A stretch of DNA of 64,000 nt from Alphaproteobacteria bacterium (GTDB lineage Bacteria; Pseudomonadota; Alphaproteobacteria; UBA828): the NCBI GenBank assembly GCA_963422645.2, contig CAXXVO010000010.1:26303-90302 (forward strand), given 5' to 3'. The notes beneath the pieces were generated by a model. The model was not told where the DNA came from. It saw only the letters and a list, made by a program, of their open reading frames with translations, and ran no database searches. The number at the start of each line of letters is the position of its first letter. Position 1 is the first letter of the stretch. This document shows positions 41,064 through 52,234 of the stretch, piece after piece. The translations under genes and the position numbers were made by a program.

Positions 41064-42289
41064 TCAGCCTCCGCTGCGCAGTTTCCGGACCTCGTCATCC
41101 GACGGCAGGTAGTCCGCGCCGTCGAGGTACTTCCAGTCGACCATGACGCCCTGTCCGTCGCGCAACGTGGTCCAGCCGACATAGGCCCCCATTGTCGATT
41201 GATGATCGATCGCCCGAACGTGATGGGCCCGGTCGGCGCATCGAAACTCAGCCCTTCCATGGCATCGACCATTTTCTCCGTTTCGGTCGAGCCAGCCCGA
41301 TCGAACATTGCCTTGATTGCCAGCATGGTGTTGTAGCCGACAACCGAGCCGATGCGCGGATAGTCTTCCCAACGCTGCTGATAGGCGTCCAGGAACGCCT
41401 GGTGCGCCGGAGTCTCGATGTCGTACCAGGGGTAACCGGTAACCAGCCAGCCCTCCGGTGCCTCGTCCTTCAGGGGATCGATGTACTCGGGCTCGCCGGT
41501 CAGCAATCCGACCATCAGCCGCCCCTCGAAGAGGCCGCGCAGCCTGCCCTCGCGCGCGAACTTTGCGAGATCGCTGCCAAAGGTGACGTTGTAGATCGCG
41601 TCCGGTTCCAGGCGCTTGAGTGCCTCGACCTCGGCCCCGGCGTCGATCTTGAACAGCGCCGGCCATTGCGAACCGACGAACTCCACATCCGGCCGCAACT
41701 CCGTCAACACCCTCTGGAACGCCGCGACAGCATCCTTGCCGTAGGCATAGTTGGGCGCGATGGTTGCCCAACGCTTGGCGTCCTCATCCTTCGCTGCCTC
41801 GACGGCAAGCATCGCCGCCTGCATGTAGGTCGACGGGCGCAGCCGGAAGGTGTAGCGGTTGCCCTGAGCCCAGACCAGGGCGTCGGCCAGCGGCTCGGCC
41901 GCGATGTACAATTGCTGGGTCTGCTTGGCGTAGGCGGTCAGCGCCAGCCCGACGTGGCTGAACAGGGAGCCCGAGATCAGGACCACCTCGTCGCGGTCGA
42001 AGAGCCGCTCGGCCACCTTGACCGCCTCGCCCGGTTTCCCCTGATCGTCGTGCGATATGAGTTCGAGCTGACGCCCGAGGACGCCGCCCGCGCTGTTGAT
42101 CTCCTCGATCGCGAGAATTGCCCCTTGCCGGTAGGGAACCGTGTGTGCCGGCAGCCGCGTGTACGAGTTGATGTCGCCGATGCGAATGGTCTCCGTCTCG
42201 GCGGTCGCGGACCCGGACCAGACCGTCACGCCGGTCGCGAGCACGGCGGCGGCGGCGGTCACCCTTAGAAGCGTTTTGAATGGTCTCAT
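41064..42289 (-). CDS. Liv-family ABC substrate-binding protein, frameshift near 41215 (possibly an error)
   Basis: Signal peptide and EINSAGGVLGR; the C-terminus RAIDHQSTMGAYVG...VRKLRSGG is in a second frame. Confidence 0.8.
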
Positions 42290-42470
42290 CTTCTCCTCCC
42301 AATGAATCAATATCTCGCGCGGTAAGCGCCTGTCAGACGAATTCCTCGAAGGCCGCGCCACGTTGACGACCGGTCCGAACCCGGCGTCGGGTGACGGGGC
42401 GTATTGGCACGGACGACATCATTTCATTGGGTCCCTCCCCTTCGTCATGAGGGCGATCCGAGCGAGCCGA

Positions 42471-43220
42471 TCACGCCAGCCCCAGACGCGCCTTCGCCTC
42501 TTCGATCCGCTCGCGTCGCTCCGTCGAGCCGAGGATGTCGAGGTGCACGCGCTCCCACTCATCGAGTCGGGCGCAGCCCCCCTCGAACTCATTGAGCAGC
42601 TTCTTGGTGGCCGCGACGGCGTGGGGCGAGCGAGCCGATACCCGCTCGGCCAGCGCCCGCGCCTCGGCCCTGGCGCTGCCCTCGCCGACGACACGGGAAA
42701 CCAGGCCCATCTCCGCCCCGGTTCTGGCATCGATCCGCTCGCCAAGTAGAAGCAGCCATCTCAGAGCGGCGGGGTACAAACGAAGGCGGAGGCGCGCCAC
42801 GGCGCGTGGATCGTAAAGCAGGCCGAGATGCGTCGCGGGAATCGCGAAATAGGCTCCCTCGGCGGCCACGATCGCGTCACAGTTCAGTGCCAATACAAGC
42901 GCGCCGCCGATACATGGACCCTCAACGGCCGCGATGACAGGTGCCGGGCAATCACGAATCGATGCGGCGGCGCGCGCTATGGCGTCGTCCACGGCACGGT
43001 CGTCGATCGTGCCCGTCAGCTCGGTGAGATCGGCGCCGGCGCTGAACCCGTCGCCGGCGCCGGCGAGAACCACCGCCCGGATGTCACCTGCGCGAGCATC
43101 GCCAATCGCCTGGCTCAGCGCCAACAGAAGCGAGCGGGACAGCGCGTTCCGGCGTCGGGCGTTCTCGAGCGTAACCTCGAGCACACCGTCGTGCGACAAT
43201 GTGGCTATGTGCCCGCTCAC
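42471..43220 (-). CDS. Enoyl-CoA hydratase/isomerase
   Basis: RNALS, FSAGADL and IAAVEGPCIGGA; GTG start overlaps the amidase stop. Confidence 0.9.
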   Translation of the reverse strand: MSGHIATLSHDGVLEVTLENARRRNALSRSLLLALSQAIGDARAGDIRAVVLAGAGDGFSAGADLTELTGTIDDRAVDDAIARAAASIRDCPAPVIAAVEGPCIGGALVLALNCDAIVAAEGAYFAIPATHLGLLYDPRAVARLRLRLYPAALRWLLLLGERIDARTGAEMGLVSRVVGEGSARAEARALAERVSARSPHAVAATKKLLNEFEGGCARLDEWERVHLDILGSTERRERIEEAKARLGLA

Positions 43221-44617
43221 GAAGCCGCCTCTACCGCCGGCCGCGGCGCCGGATCGCCCATCAGGCTCCGGTCGAATGCGATCGCCTCTTCCACATCTTC
43301 GGCAAGATCGAGAAGCCTCTCGTCCGCGTTCAGCGGCATGACGAGTTGCAGCCCCACGGGCAGACCGTCGGCCAGCCCGCAGGGCAGCGATACGGCGGGA
43401 TTGCCGGAGACATTGAAGGGCACAGCGAAGGGGAATGCGCCCCAAAGCCAGTCCACCTCGCGGCCGGCGATCCGCTTCGGCCGCTGGTCGAAGGGAAAGG
43501 CGGTGACGGCCGTTGCCGGTGTCGCAATCGCGTCCCAGGTCTCGAACAACGCCGCCATATGGCCGCGATAGCGGAGATGCGCGGCGCGGCCAGCCGCAAT
43601 CTCGTCGTCGGTGAGTGTCAGTGCCGCCGCCAATGACTTGCGTACATAGTCGCTCAGCACGTCCGGGCATCGCTGGAGCAGGTCTCCGCGCTCGCGGCGT
43701 TCCTCGGCGAGGACGAGCGGCCCGAAGGCTTGGTTCCAGCCTTCGAGGGGCAACGCGGTCTCGACCACTTCGTGGCCCAGGGCCTCGAGATTCGCGACGG
43801 CAGCTCCGACGGTCGTCGCGACTCCAGGGTCGACAGGACGACCTTCGGGGCGCGGACACCAGGCAATGCGCAACCCTTTTCCCACGCTGCCACGGCTCAT
43901 CCCGCGACCGAGAAGTGCGCCCAGGAACGCCCGCGCATCGGCCGCGCGCCTGGCCAATGGACCTGGACTAACGAAATCCGACATCGCCGGCAGACCGCCT
44001 TCGTCGGGGCAGAGGCCGTAGGTGGGTTTGAATCCGAGCAATCCGGTGAACGATGCCGGAATGCGGATCGACCCGCCGCCGTCGGCGGCCAGCGCGACGC
44101 TGGCAAGCCCGGCCGCGACCGAAACCGCCGCGCCGCCGCTCGAGCCGCCCAGTGTGCGCGTGGTATCCCACGGATTGCAGGCCTCGGGGCCGAGGCGGTT
44201 GTCGCTGGTTGCCGACTGGCCGAACTCGGCGGTGTTGGTCTTCCCGGTGAACATCGCGCCCGAGGCTCTCAGCCGGCGAACGACCCCGCTGTCCTGCTGC
44301 GTGAGGTTATGGCGGTGCACGACCGAACCGAAGGTCGTCACCGCCCCGGCAAGCGGGTAGGTGTCCTTGATCGAGATCGGCACGCCGCTCAGCGGCAACG
44401 CCCGGCCGGCCCGGTACGCCGCCTCGGCCTCGCGTGCCTGGCCGCGCGTGAGATCGTCGAAGCGGACGAGATAGGCATGAAGCGACGGATTCAGTCGATC
44501 GGTTCTCGCGAGCACCTCATCCGCCACCTCGACCGGCGACAACAGGCCTTCTCGGTAGGCCTCGATCAGCGAAGCGATCGGCCAGCAGATCGGGCTCTCG
44601 CTACCGCGATCAGGCAT
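43217..44617 (-). CDS. Amidase (amidase signature family)
   Basis: GVPISIKD, GGSSGG and DGGGSIRIPA. Confidence 0.93.
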   Translation of the reverse strand: MPDRGSESPICWPIASLIEAYREGLLSPVEVADEVLARTDRLNPSLHAYLVRFDDLTRGQAREAEAAYRAGRALPLSGVPISIKDTYPLAGAVTTFGSVVHRHNLTQQDSGVVRRLRASGAMFTGKTNTAEFGQSATSDNRLGPEACNPWDTTRTLGGSSGGAAVSVAAGLASVALAADGGGSIRIPASFTGLLGFKPTYGLCPDEGGLPAMSDFVSPGPLARRAADARAFLGALLGRGMSRGSVGKGLRIAWCPRPEGRPVDPGVATTVGAAVANLEALGHEVVETALPLEGWNQAFGPLVLAEERRERGDLLQRCPDVLSDYVRKSLAAALTLTDDEIAAGRAAHLRYRGHMAALFETWDAIATPATAVTAFPFDQRPKRIAGREVDWLWGAFPFAVPFNVSGNPAVSLPCGLADGLPVGLQLVMPLNADERLLDLAEDVEEAIAFDRSLMGDPAPRPAVEAAS

Positions 44618-45389
44618 TCGGAGACACGCCTCCGCTGATGCCGTACACCTCTCCGGTGATGTATCCGGCGCGGTCGCTGATCAGGAACGAAACCAGGTCC
44701 GCGATGTCCTGGGGCTGTCCGACGCGGCCGACCAGAGACCGTGATTCCGCGTAGCCGTCGAAGAACTCGTCGGGGTAGATGCGGCGCAGAAAGTCGTTGT
44801 AGATCAGCCCCGGCGCCACGGCATTGACGCGGATGCCGTGCCGTCCGTTCTCAGCGGCAGCGACCCGTGTGAGCGCCAGAATCCCTGCCTTGGCCGCGGA
44901 ATAGGCGGCGCCGTGCTCGGTCGTCATTTCCCAGGCCGCAATCGACGAGATGTTGACGATGGCCCCCGCGCCTTGCGCGATCATGTGCGGGAGTACGCGA
45001 CGCATGGCGTAAAAGGTGCCGTTCAGGTCGACATCCAGACAGCGCTTCCAGGTTTCGGGCGTCATCTCGGCGACCGGCTCGATCTTGCTCCACCCCGCGT
45101 TGTTGACGAGGGCGTCAATCCGGCCGCGCCGCGCGACGACGGCATCGGTGACGGCACCCACCGCGTCGAAATCGGTCACATCGAGCGGCATCGACAGGAA
45201 CTCTCTGCCGTGTTCATCGGCGAGTTGCCCGGCGAACGCGTCGCAACGGCGCTCGTGGGCGTCCGTTATCACCACGTCGTAGCCGTCGGCGGCGAGCCGG
45301 CGCGCAATCGCGGCACCGATCCCGGCACCGGCCGCCGCGGTGACGAGTGCCACCCGGCGTTCTCCCTTGTGTTCATCTGACGCCGGCAT
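44610..45389 (-). CDS. SDR family oxidoreductase
   Basis: TAAAGAGIG, NNAG and YSAAK. Confidence 0.92.
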   Translation of the reverse strand: MPASDEHKGERRVALVTAAAGAGIGAAIARRLAADGYDVVITDAHERRCDAFAGQLADEHGREFLSMPLDVTDFDAVGAVTDAVVARRGRIDALVNNAGWSKIEPVAEMTPETWKRCLDVDLNGTFYAMRRVLPHMIAQGAGAIVNISSIAAWEMTTEHGAAYSAAKAGILALTRVAAAENGRHGIRVNAVAPGLIYNDFLRRIYPDEFFDGYAESRSLVGRVGQPQDIADLVSFLISDRAGYITGEVYGISGGVSPNA

Positions 45390-45401
45390 CTCTGCCTCCG
45401 C

Positions 45402-46406
45402 TTAGTCCGCTTTGAGCTGGGGAATCACGTGCTTGCCGAGCTCTTCCAGCCGACGCATGCGGCCGCCAGAGAGCAGGGCGAAGCTGATGCGATCGATGTC
45501 GACCGTCGAGAGCTCGTGCAACCGCGAGAGGCAATGATCCCGATCGCCGCTGATCGTCACCGAGCGCACGAACTCCTCGCTCACGATCTCCTTGTGCCCG
45601 GCGCGCAGCGAGAGGTGTTCCTCGTAGTGGTAGGCCTCCTCGGCGGCCTTGAATTCGGGCCGGAAGCGCTCCCACCCCGGCGGCATCGCCTTCCAGACGG
45701 CGAAGGTCGCGGCCTGGCTGGTGGCCCAGGCGCGGACATCCTGGACCGCTTGTTCGGCATCCTCGTCGATGCTCATCGTGACGATGAGATCGATCAGGAT
45801 GTCCTCGCGCTTGCGCCCGGCCTTTCGAAGACCCCGGTAGATGTATTCGAGCTGCCAGTTGCAGAAGTCCGGGTCGGCCGCGCCCATCAGGACGGCGCCG
45901 TCGCAAAGCTCGCCGCATAGCTCGAGCATGCGGGGCTGGGAGACGGCGAGATAGATCGGGATCTGTCGACGCGCGGTGGCGAGACGCCCCTTGGCGCCGG
46001 CGAAGTCGACCTCGTCGCCCGAGAACAGCTCGCGAAACAGCTCTATGCCCTCCCGAAGTTCTGCGATCCTGTTCGGCTTCTCGCCGATGGAATGGACGGC
46101 CACCCAGCCCGCGCCGAGGCCCAGCAAGGCGCGTCCATCGGAAAGCTCGTCGAGCGCGGTCGTGGCGTTGGCGGTAACCGTCGGATGACGCGTCCGAAGG
46201 TTGGTGACCGCGCAACCGATCTCGATCGACCCGGTCGCCATCGCCGCAACGTTCATGGCCGCGTAAACGTCCTTCATTCCGAGCTGATGATCGATGAACC
46301 ACAGCGCTTCGAAGCCGAGATCCTCGACCCTCTTCGCGATCTCCCCGACCTGGGCGAAGGTCTCTCGCGGGCTGACTCCTCTTGAAATTCCGAACCTCTT
46401 GACCAT
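45402..46406 (-). CDS. LLM-class oxidoreductase (Mer-like)
   Basis: VTNLRTRHP, LDELSDGRALLGLGAG and IPIYLA. Confidence 0.88.
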   Translation of the reverse strand: MVKRFGISRGVSPRETFAQVGEIAKRVEDLGFEALWFIDHQLGMKDVYAAMNVAAMATGSIEIGCAVTNLRTRHPTVTANATTALDELSDGRALLGLGAGWVAVHSIGEKPNRIAELREGIELFRELFSGDEVDFAGAKGRLATARRQIPIYLAVSQPRMLELCGELCDGAVLMGAADPDFCNWQLEYIYRGLRKAGRKREDILIDLIVTMSIDEDAEQAVQDVRAWATSQAATFAVWKAMPPGWERFRPEFKAAEEAYHYEEHLSLRAGHKEIVSEEFVRSVTISGDRDHCLSRLHELSTVDIDRISFALLSGGRMRRLEELGKHVIPQLKAD

Positions 46407-47191
46407 CAGGCGTTGCTTTCGAGTGCGTTGCGAATGGCCTGCGCATAGGCCTCGGGTTGATCGACGCTCATCAGATGCCCGGCCCCAGCCACCTCGTGAT
46501 AGGTTCCGTGGCGCAGGGCGGCGATCATGATGTCCGCGGCCTTGCGCGGGCAGAACACGTCGGCCTCGCCGCCGATCACATGGACCGGGCAGGCGATGTC
46601 CGGCAGGACTTGGGTGAGGGGCTCCTCGTTGAGCCGCGCCATCGCACGCGCGGCATTGACGTAGCCATCCCCGGTGCCGATGGCCTCGAGGCGCCGGGCC
46701 GTGACTTCTTGGAGCCGGTCGCCGGCGACGACGAGCTGCTGGCGGGTATCCTCCTTCAGCGCGCTGCCAAAACTCGAGAAATCGCTCCGAATCGTCTCGA
46801 TGCGCTCACGGAAGAACTCGGCGGCGCGTCGTCCGACAACGGTCGAGGTGCCGGCGACCGTGGCTCGGGTCACCAGATCGGGCCGCCTGGCTGCGACCCA
46901 GAGCACCACAGCGCCGCCGAGCGAGTAGCCGATGCAGTGAGCGGCACCCGTCAGCGCCTCGAGGAAGGCAATGAGGTCGCCGCCCAGCTGTTCCAGCGTG
47001 CCTTCGGCCTCGCCCAGGTCGGTTTCGCCGTGTCCGCGAAGGTCGTAGGCGTAGGTCCTGAAATCGCTCAGCCGGCGCTGGACGTCCGCCCAGCTGCTCC
47101 GGTCCTCCGCAAGGCCGTGGACCATCACCGCCGGCGGTCCCTTTCCCATGCGCGTGTAGCCGATGTCGATGTCGGCGAGCCGGGCCCTCAT
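46406..47191 (-). CDS. Alpha/beta hydrolase
   Basis: VHGL, DLRGHG, GYSLGG nucleophile elbow and AGH. Confidence 0.92.
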   Translation of the reverse strand: MRARLADIDIGYTRMGKGPPAVMVHGLAEDRSSWADVQRRLSDFRTYAYDLRGHGETDLGEAEGTLEQLGGDLIAFLEALTGAAHCIGYSLGGAVVLWVAARRPDLVTRATVAGTSTVVGRRAAEFFRERIETIRSDFSSFGSALKEDTRQQLVVAGDRLQEVTARRLEAIGTGDGYVNAARAMARLNEEPLTQVLPDIACPVHVIGGEADVFCPRKAADIMIAALRHGTYHEVAGAGHLMSVDQPEAYAQAIRNALESNA

Positions 47192-48861
47192 GCCCCGCCA
47201 CCGGATACTGAGCCATCGCCGATCACGATGGCGCGGAGGTCGGCCTTGCGGATCTTGCCCGCCGGCGTCATCGGCATCGTATCGACGATGCGCAGGACCT
47301 CGGGCCAGTGATGCTTCGGCAGGCGCTTCGCTCGCGCGTGGGCGATCAGGTCGTCGAGGCTCGGGGCCTTTCCGTCGGGTACAACCACCGCGCCGATGCG
47401 TTCGCCCAGGCGCTCGTCGGGATGGCCGATGACGGCCACGGCATTGACGCCCGGATGGTCGGCGAGCGCATTTTCGATCGGCGCCGGTGAGATGTTGACG
47501 CCGCCTCGAATGATCAAGTCTTTCAGCCTGCCGATGATGCGCACGTACCCGCCGGCATCGATTCGCGCGAGATCGCCGGTGCGAAAGAACCCGTCGTCCG
47601 TGATCAAGGAGTCGTAGAGGTCCTGCTGGCCGAAATAGCCGATGAAGACGCCCGGCCCGCGCATGGCCAGCTCTCCCTCCTCACCCACGGGCAAGGTGCT
47701 GCCCTCGGCGTCGAGGCAACGCAGTTCGAGCCCTGGCAGTCCGATGCCAGCGGTACTCATCAGTTTCTCGCGGGGGCTTTCGCGGACGCAGGTAACGAGC
47801 CCGCCCTCGGTCATGCCCCAGAGGACCGTCAAAAAAGTGTTCGGAAATTGGAGCTGCGCGGCCTCCATCAGTGACGACGGCACCTGCGCGCCGCCGCATA
47901 GAAACGAGCGGAGCGGTGCCAGCTTCGGTGTTGAGCGTGGCCAGCGCGCGTCGACCAGATCCTTCAGAAAGGGCGTCGCCGCGGCGGTGAACGCACAGCC
48001 GAACTCCTCGATCATTTCGAGCGCCTGCTCGGGATTCCAGACATCCTGAAGCACCAGCGGCGCGCCAGTATGGAGCGCTAATCGGGTGCCGTGGATGGCA
48101 CCAATGCTGTGCCCGAGGGGAGAGGCGAGAAAGATCGGCGCATCCGGGCCAAGTGAGAAACGCTTCGTGAACGCGATATTCAGCGCGGCGAGGGTGTCTT
48201 CGCTGTGCATGACGGCCTTGGGCCGGCCAGTCGTGCTTGACGTGAACATGATGTGCGCGAGGTCGGTGGCGCTTGCCGCCAAGGGCGCTCCTTGATTTGC
48301 CGGCGCCATCCGCCACGTCCCGACGGAATCGTCGAACAGGAAAACGCCCAGCCCATGCCCGCAGGTCGAGGCGGCTTCCCGGGCGATATCACCCAGCCGC
48401 GCGCTACCGTGGCGTTCCAATGAAATCAGCGCCCGCGCGCGCGTCAGTCGGGCGACGTGGGCGAGCGTTTCGGGATCGGTTCGGGTCGGCAAGCTCGCGG
48501 GTATGGCGCCGAGCCGAAGCAACGCGACGAACGCGACCTGCCCGTCAACGATGTTCGGCAGAAGAAGGATAACGATATCGCCGCGACCGATTCCGCCCTC
48601 TTCCAGCTTTTCGGCGAGGCGTCCGCCCTCCCGCCACAACATGCCGTGGCTGAGTCGTTGCCCGCTTGCATCGGCGACGGCGAGGCGGTTTTCAAAGCGC
48701 TGGGCGAGGACGGAGTAGCGGTCGCACAAGCGCTCGCCCGACCACCACCCCTTCGCGCGGTACCGGCGTTCACGTTCGGCGCGGTTGGCGGCAGCGGTAT
48801 CCGAAAACGCTGCGCGCGTGGATTGCGGGCTTTCCGGATCCCCGAGACGCAACTCACTCAT
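47188..48861 (-). CDS. AMP-binding acyl-CoA ligase (cyclohexanecarboxylate-CoA ligase-like)
   Basis: FTSSTTGRPK, WGMTE, FRTGD, GRLKDLIIRGG and GKIRK. Confidence 0.9.
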   Translation of the reverse strand: MSELRLGDPESPQSTRAAFSDTAAANRAERERRYRAKGWWSGERLCDRYSVLAQRFENRLAVADASGQRLSHGMLWREGGRLAEKLEEGGIGRGDIVILLLPNIVDGQVAFVALLRLGAIPASLPTRTDPETLAHVARLTRARALISLERHGSARLGDIAREAASTCGHGLGVFLFDDSVGTWRMAPANQGAPLAASATDLAHIMFTSSTTGRPKAVMHSEDTLAALNIAFTKRFSLGPDAPIFLASPLGHSIGAIHGTRLALHTGAPLVLQDVWNPEQALEMIEEFGCAFTAAATPFLKDLVDARWPRSTPKLAPLRSFLCGGAQVPSSLMEAAQLQFPNTFLTVLWGMTEGGLVTCVRESPREKLMSTAGIGLPGLELRCLDAEGSTLPVGEEGELAMRGPGVFIGYFGQQDLYDSLITDDGFFRTGDLARIDAGGYVRIIGRLKDLIIRGGVNISPAPIENALADHPGVNAVAVIGHPDERLGERIGAVVVPDGKAPSLDDLIAHARAKRLPKHHWPEVLRIVDTMPMTPAGKIRKADLRAIVIGDGSVSGGGA

Positions 48862-48970
48862 TCGCCGCTCCCGTTGCCCGCCCGGAATCACCGAATTTCC
48901 ACTGCCACCCCACTCGCGTCCAGCGTAGACCCGCTTCAAGTCGAATTCAAGATGATGACGTCGCTTTTTT

Positions 48971-50011
48971 GTAACTGCCCAGGTCGTCTGATTTGTCATT
49001 TTGGGCCAGTGGATTGAGGCGTTTCTCGTTCGGAGTTGGTGGAAAGGGCTTGACGGGAATTTCGGGAAATGACTCAACAACGACATGAGCAATCCCGAGT
49101 CGCCGCGCGGCCCTTCGACGGGAGCAGCGCCCGAAACGCCCGCGCAGAAGATCGCCCGCCTGGAGGAGGAGAACGCCCGGCTTCGGGAGGAAAATGCCTG
49201 GCTTCGGCAGCAGAACGCGCGGCTGGAAGAGCAAGTCGCGCGTCTCGTCGAGCGCATCGAGGAGTTGGAGCGCCGTCTCGGCCTCAACAGCGGCAACAGC
49301 GGCAAGCCGCCTTCGAGCGATGGGCTGAGGAAGCCGAATTCGAAGCGGCGAACCCGAAGCCTGCGCGGCAAATCGGGCCGCAAGCCCGGTGGCCAGCCCG
49401 GCCACAAGGGCAAGACGCTGCGCCGCGCCGATCACCCGGATCGGGTGAAGGATCACGTCCCGGCTTCCTGCAAGGGATGCGGTTCGCCGCTTTCGGACGC
49501 GGCCAGGGCGGGAACGCCCGTCGCCCGCCAGGTGTTCGATCTGCCCGAGCCGAGCCCCCTGGAGGTGACCGAGCACCGGGCGCATGCCAAGTGCTGCGGG
49601 CATTGCGGGACGGTGACCCGGGCGGCGTTCCCCGACGGGGTGTCGGCGCCGGTGCAGTACGGCCCGCGCATTGCCGGGGTGGCGGTCTACCTTCAGCACG
49701 CTCACTTCCTGCCGGAGGATCGGCTGTCGCAGGTGATGGCCGAGCTCTTCGGCGCGCCGGTGACGGCTGCGACGTTGGCGACGATGAGCGAGAGGGCGGC
49801 CGAGCGGCTTGCGGGACGCGGCCTTGCACATACAGGACCTGGCGGCGGGCACGGCGCGGGTGAAACACATGGACGAGACCGGCTTGCGGATCGGCGGTCA
49901 GACGCAGTGGCTTCATGTGATCTGCACGCCGCTGCTGGCGGCGTACCGGGTCAGCGGCAAGCGCGGCGCCCTGCTCTCGGGTGTCTCCGGCATCGTCGTG
50001 CACGATCACTG
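48971..50011 (+). mobile_element. Truncated IS66-C (left end and 5' part of the transposase, +1 frameshift near 49810)
   Basis: Matches 50571-51610 apart from an extra T; stops after CACGATCACTG. Confidence 0.9.
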
Positions 50012-50199
50012 TGTAGACGGACGAAAGTCGTTGTGAATCGGGTCAAGGGGTGGAATCAGGCGGAATCGGGCGGAAGGTGGCGGAATCTCAAGGGGATGCG
50101 CGGCGGCACGGTGGCGGTGCGGCGGCTGGCGTGCGGACGGAAGTCTTTGCGAATCGGGCCGTGCAGAGGCCGTGAATTGGCTGGAAACGGCAATTTTCG

Positions 50200-50563
50200 G
50201 TCATGGGCACAGCCGTGAACCAGATCGACCGGGTAGTCGCAGACGAAGGCCTCGAGCGCCTGCGCATCGCGGTCGATGCCGATCGAACGCACGGCCGGCG
50301 GCTTGCGCTTCATCAGCGCCCCGCCCCCAAGGTGGCTTTCGATGTAGACGGAGTGCGGCGGCATCAGCGCAATCAGCGCTTGGCACAGACCTGCTGTCGC
50401 CTTCGAGCCGAAATACCCCATGGACCGCTCCCGTCACGCGAGAGAGCAGTCCATAGTCCCGCAACTCTATGAGGTCAAGAACCAATCGCGGTGGCAGAAC
50501 CAGGCCGCGGCCGCCGCCATAATCACCGTCCTCAACTCAGGATTGGGGTACCTGGGTAGTTAC
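50200..50563 (-). mobile_element. IS66-A left end with 5' third of the MTase (fragment)
   Basis: Reverse complement of 3059-3422. Confidence 0.9.
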
Positions 50564-50684
50564 GAATTTTGTAACTGCCCAGGTCGTCTGATTTGTCATT
50601 TTGGGCCAGTGGATTGAGGCGTTTCTCGTTCGGAGTTGGTGGAAAGGGCTTGACGGGAATTTCGGGAAATGACTCAACAACGAC

Positions 50685-52190
50685 ATGAGCAATCCCGAGT
50701 CGCCGCGCGGCCCTTCGACGGGAGCAGCGCCCGAAACGCCCGCGCAGAAGATCGCCCGCCTGGAGGAGGAGAACGCCCGGCTTCGGGAGGAAAATGCCTG
50801 GCTTCGGCAGCAGAACGCGCGGCTGGAAGAGCAAGTCGCGCGTCTCGTCGAGCGCATCGAGGAGTTGGAGCGCCGTCTCGGCCTCAACAGCGGCAACAGC
50901 GGCAAGCCGCCTTCGAGCGATGGGCTGAGGAAGCCGAATTCGAAGCGGCGAACCCGAAGCCTGCGCGGCAAATCGGGCCGCAAGCCCGGTGGCCAGCCCG
51001 GCCACAAGGGCAAGACGCTGCGCCGCGCCGATCACCCGGATCGGGTGAAGGATCACGTCCCGGCTTCCTGCAAGGGATGCGGTTCGCCGCTTTCGGACGC
51101 GGCCAGGGCGGGAACGCCCGTCGCCCGCCAGGTGTTCGATCTGCCCGAGCCGAGCCCCCTGGAGGTGACCGAGCACCGGGCGCATGCCAAGTGCTGCGGG
51201 CATTGCGGGACGGTGACCCGGGCGGCGTTCCCCGACGGGGTGTCGGCGCCGGTGCAGTACGGCCCGCGCATTGCCGGGGTGGCGGTCTACCTTCAGCACG
51301 CTCACTTCCTGCCGGAGGATCGGCTGTCGCAGGTGATGGCCGAGCTCTTCGGCGCGCCGGTGACGGCTGCGACGTTGGCGACGATGAGCGAGAGGGCGGC
51401 CGAGCGGCTGCGGGACGCGGCCTTGCACATACAGGACCTGGCGGCGGGCACGGCGCGGGTGAAACACATGGACGAGACCGGCTTGCGGATCGGCGGTCAG
51501 ACGCAGTGGCTTCATGTGATCTGCACGCCGCTGCTGGCGGCGTACCGGGTCAGCGGCAAGCGCGGCGCCCTGCTCTCGGGTGTCTCCGGCATCGTCGTGC
51601 ACGATCACTGGAAGCCGTACTTCGCGATGGAAGGGGTGGAGCACGGCCTGTGCAACGCCCATCACCTGCGGGAGTTGCAGGCGCTGGTGGACATCGAAGG
51701 GGAGGCTTGGGCCCGGCGGATGCAGCAGCTCCTGCGCCGAGCCAATCGCGCCGCCCGCATCGCGCTGGACAAGGATATCGCCGTTCCGGCGAGGCTTGTG
51801 GCGCTGATCGAGCGCCGATACGACGAGATCATCGCCGATGCGCTGGCCTTTCACGAGAGCCAACCACCGTTCTCGCCTGGCAAGAGGAAGAAGCGCCGGA
51901 AGCGAAGGATCGGTCACAATCTGGCCTTGAGGCTGCGCGACCACAAATGCGCGGTGCTCCGGTTCCTGATCGACCTCGAGGTCGGGTTCACGAACAACGA
52001 GGCCGAGCGCGACCTTCGGATGATGAAGCTGCGCCAGAAGATCTCCGGGGGCTTCCGGTCCGCGCAGGGGGCCGAGAACTTCGCCATCCTGCGCAGCGTC
52101 ATCACCACCGCCAGAAAGCAGGGCTGGAATATCATCGAAGCCCTGACCAGCCCATCGGATCGGCTCATCGCCACCGTCAAGTGCGCGTAA
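50685..52190 (+). CDS. IS66 family transposase (element C)
   Basis: Translation identical to 8347-9852. Confidence 0.95.
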   Translation: MSNPESPRGPSTGAAPETPAQKIARLEEENARLREENAWLRQQNARLEEQVARLVERIEELERRLGLNSGNSGKPPSSDGLRKPNSKRRTRSLRGKSGRKPGGQPGHKGKTLRRADHPDRVKDHVPASCKGCGSPLSDAARAGTPVARQVFDLPEPSPLEVTEHRAHAKCCGHCGTVTRAAFPDGVSAPVQYGPRIAGVAVYLQHAHFLPEDRLSQVMAELFGAPVTAATLATMSERAAERLRDAALHIQDLAAGTARVKHMDETGLRIGGQTQWLHVICTPLLAAYRVSGKRGALLSGVSGIVVHDHWKPYFAMEGVEHGLCNAHHLRELQALVDIEGEAWARRMQQLLRRANRAARIALDKDIAVPARLVALIERRYDEIIADALAFHESQPPFSPGKRKKRRKRRIGHNLALRLRDHKCAVLRFLIDLEVGFTNNEAERDLRMMKLRQKISGGFRSAQGAENFAILRSVITTARKQGWNIIEALTSPSDRLIATVKCA

Positions 52191-52234
52191 GCTCACCTGG
52201 CACGGGTTCTCCAACAGCGGAGCCATTCTCATAA

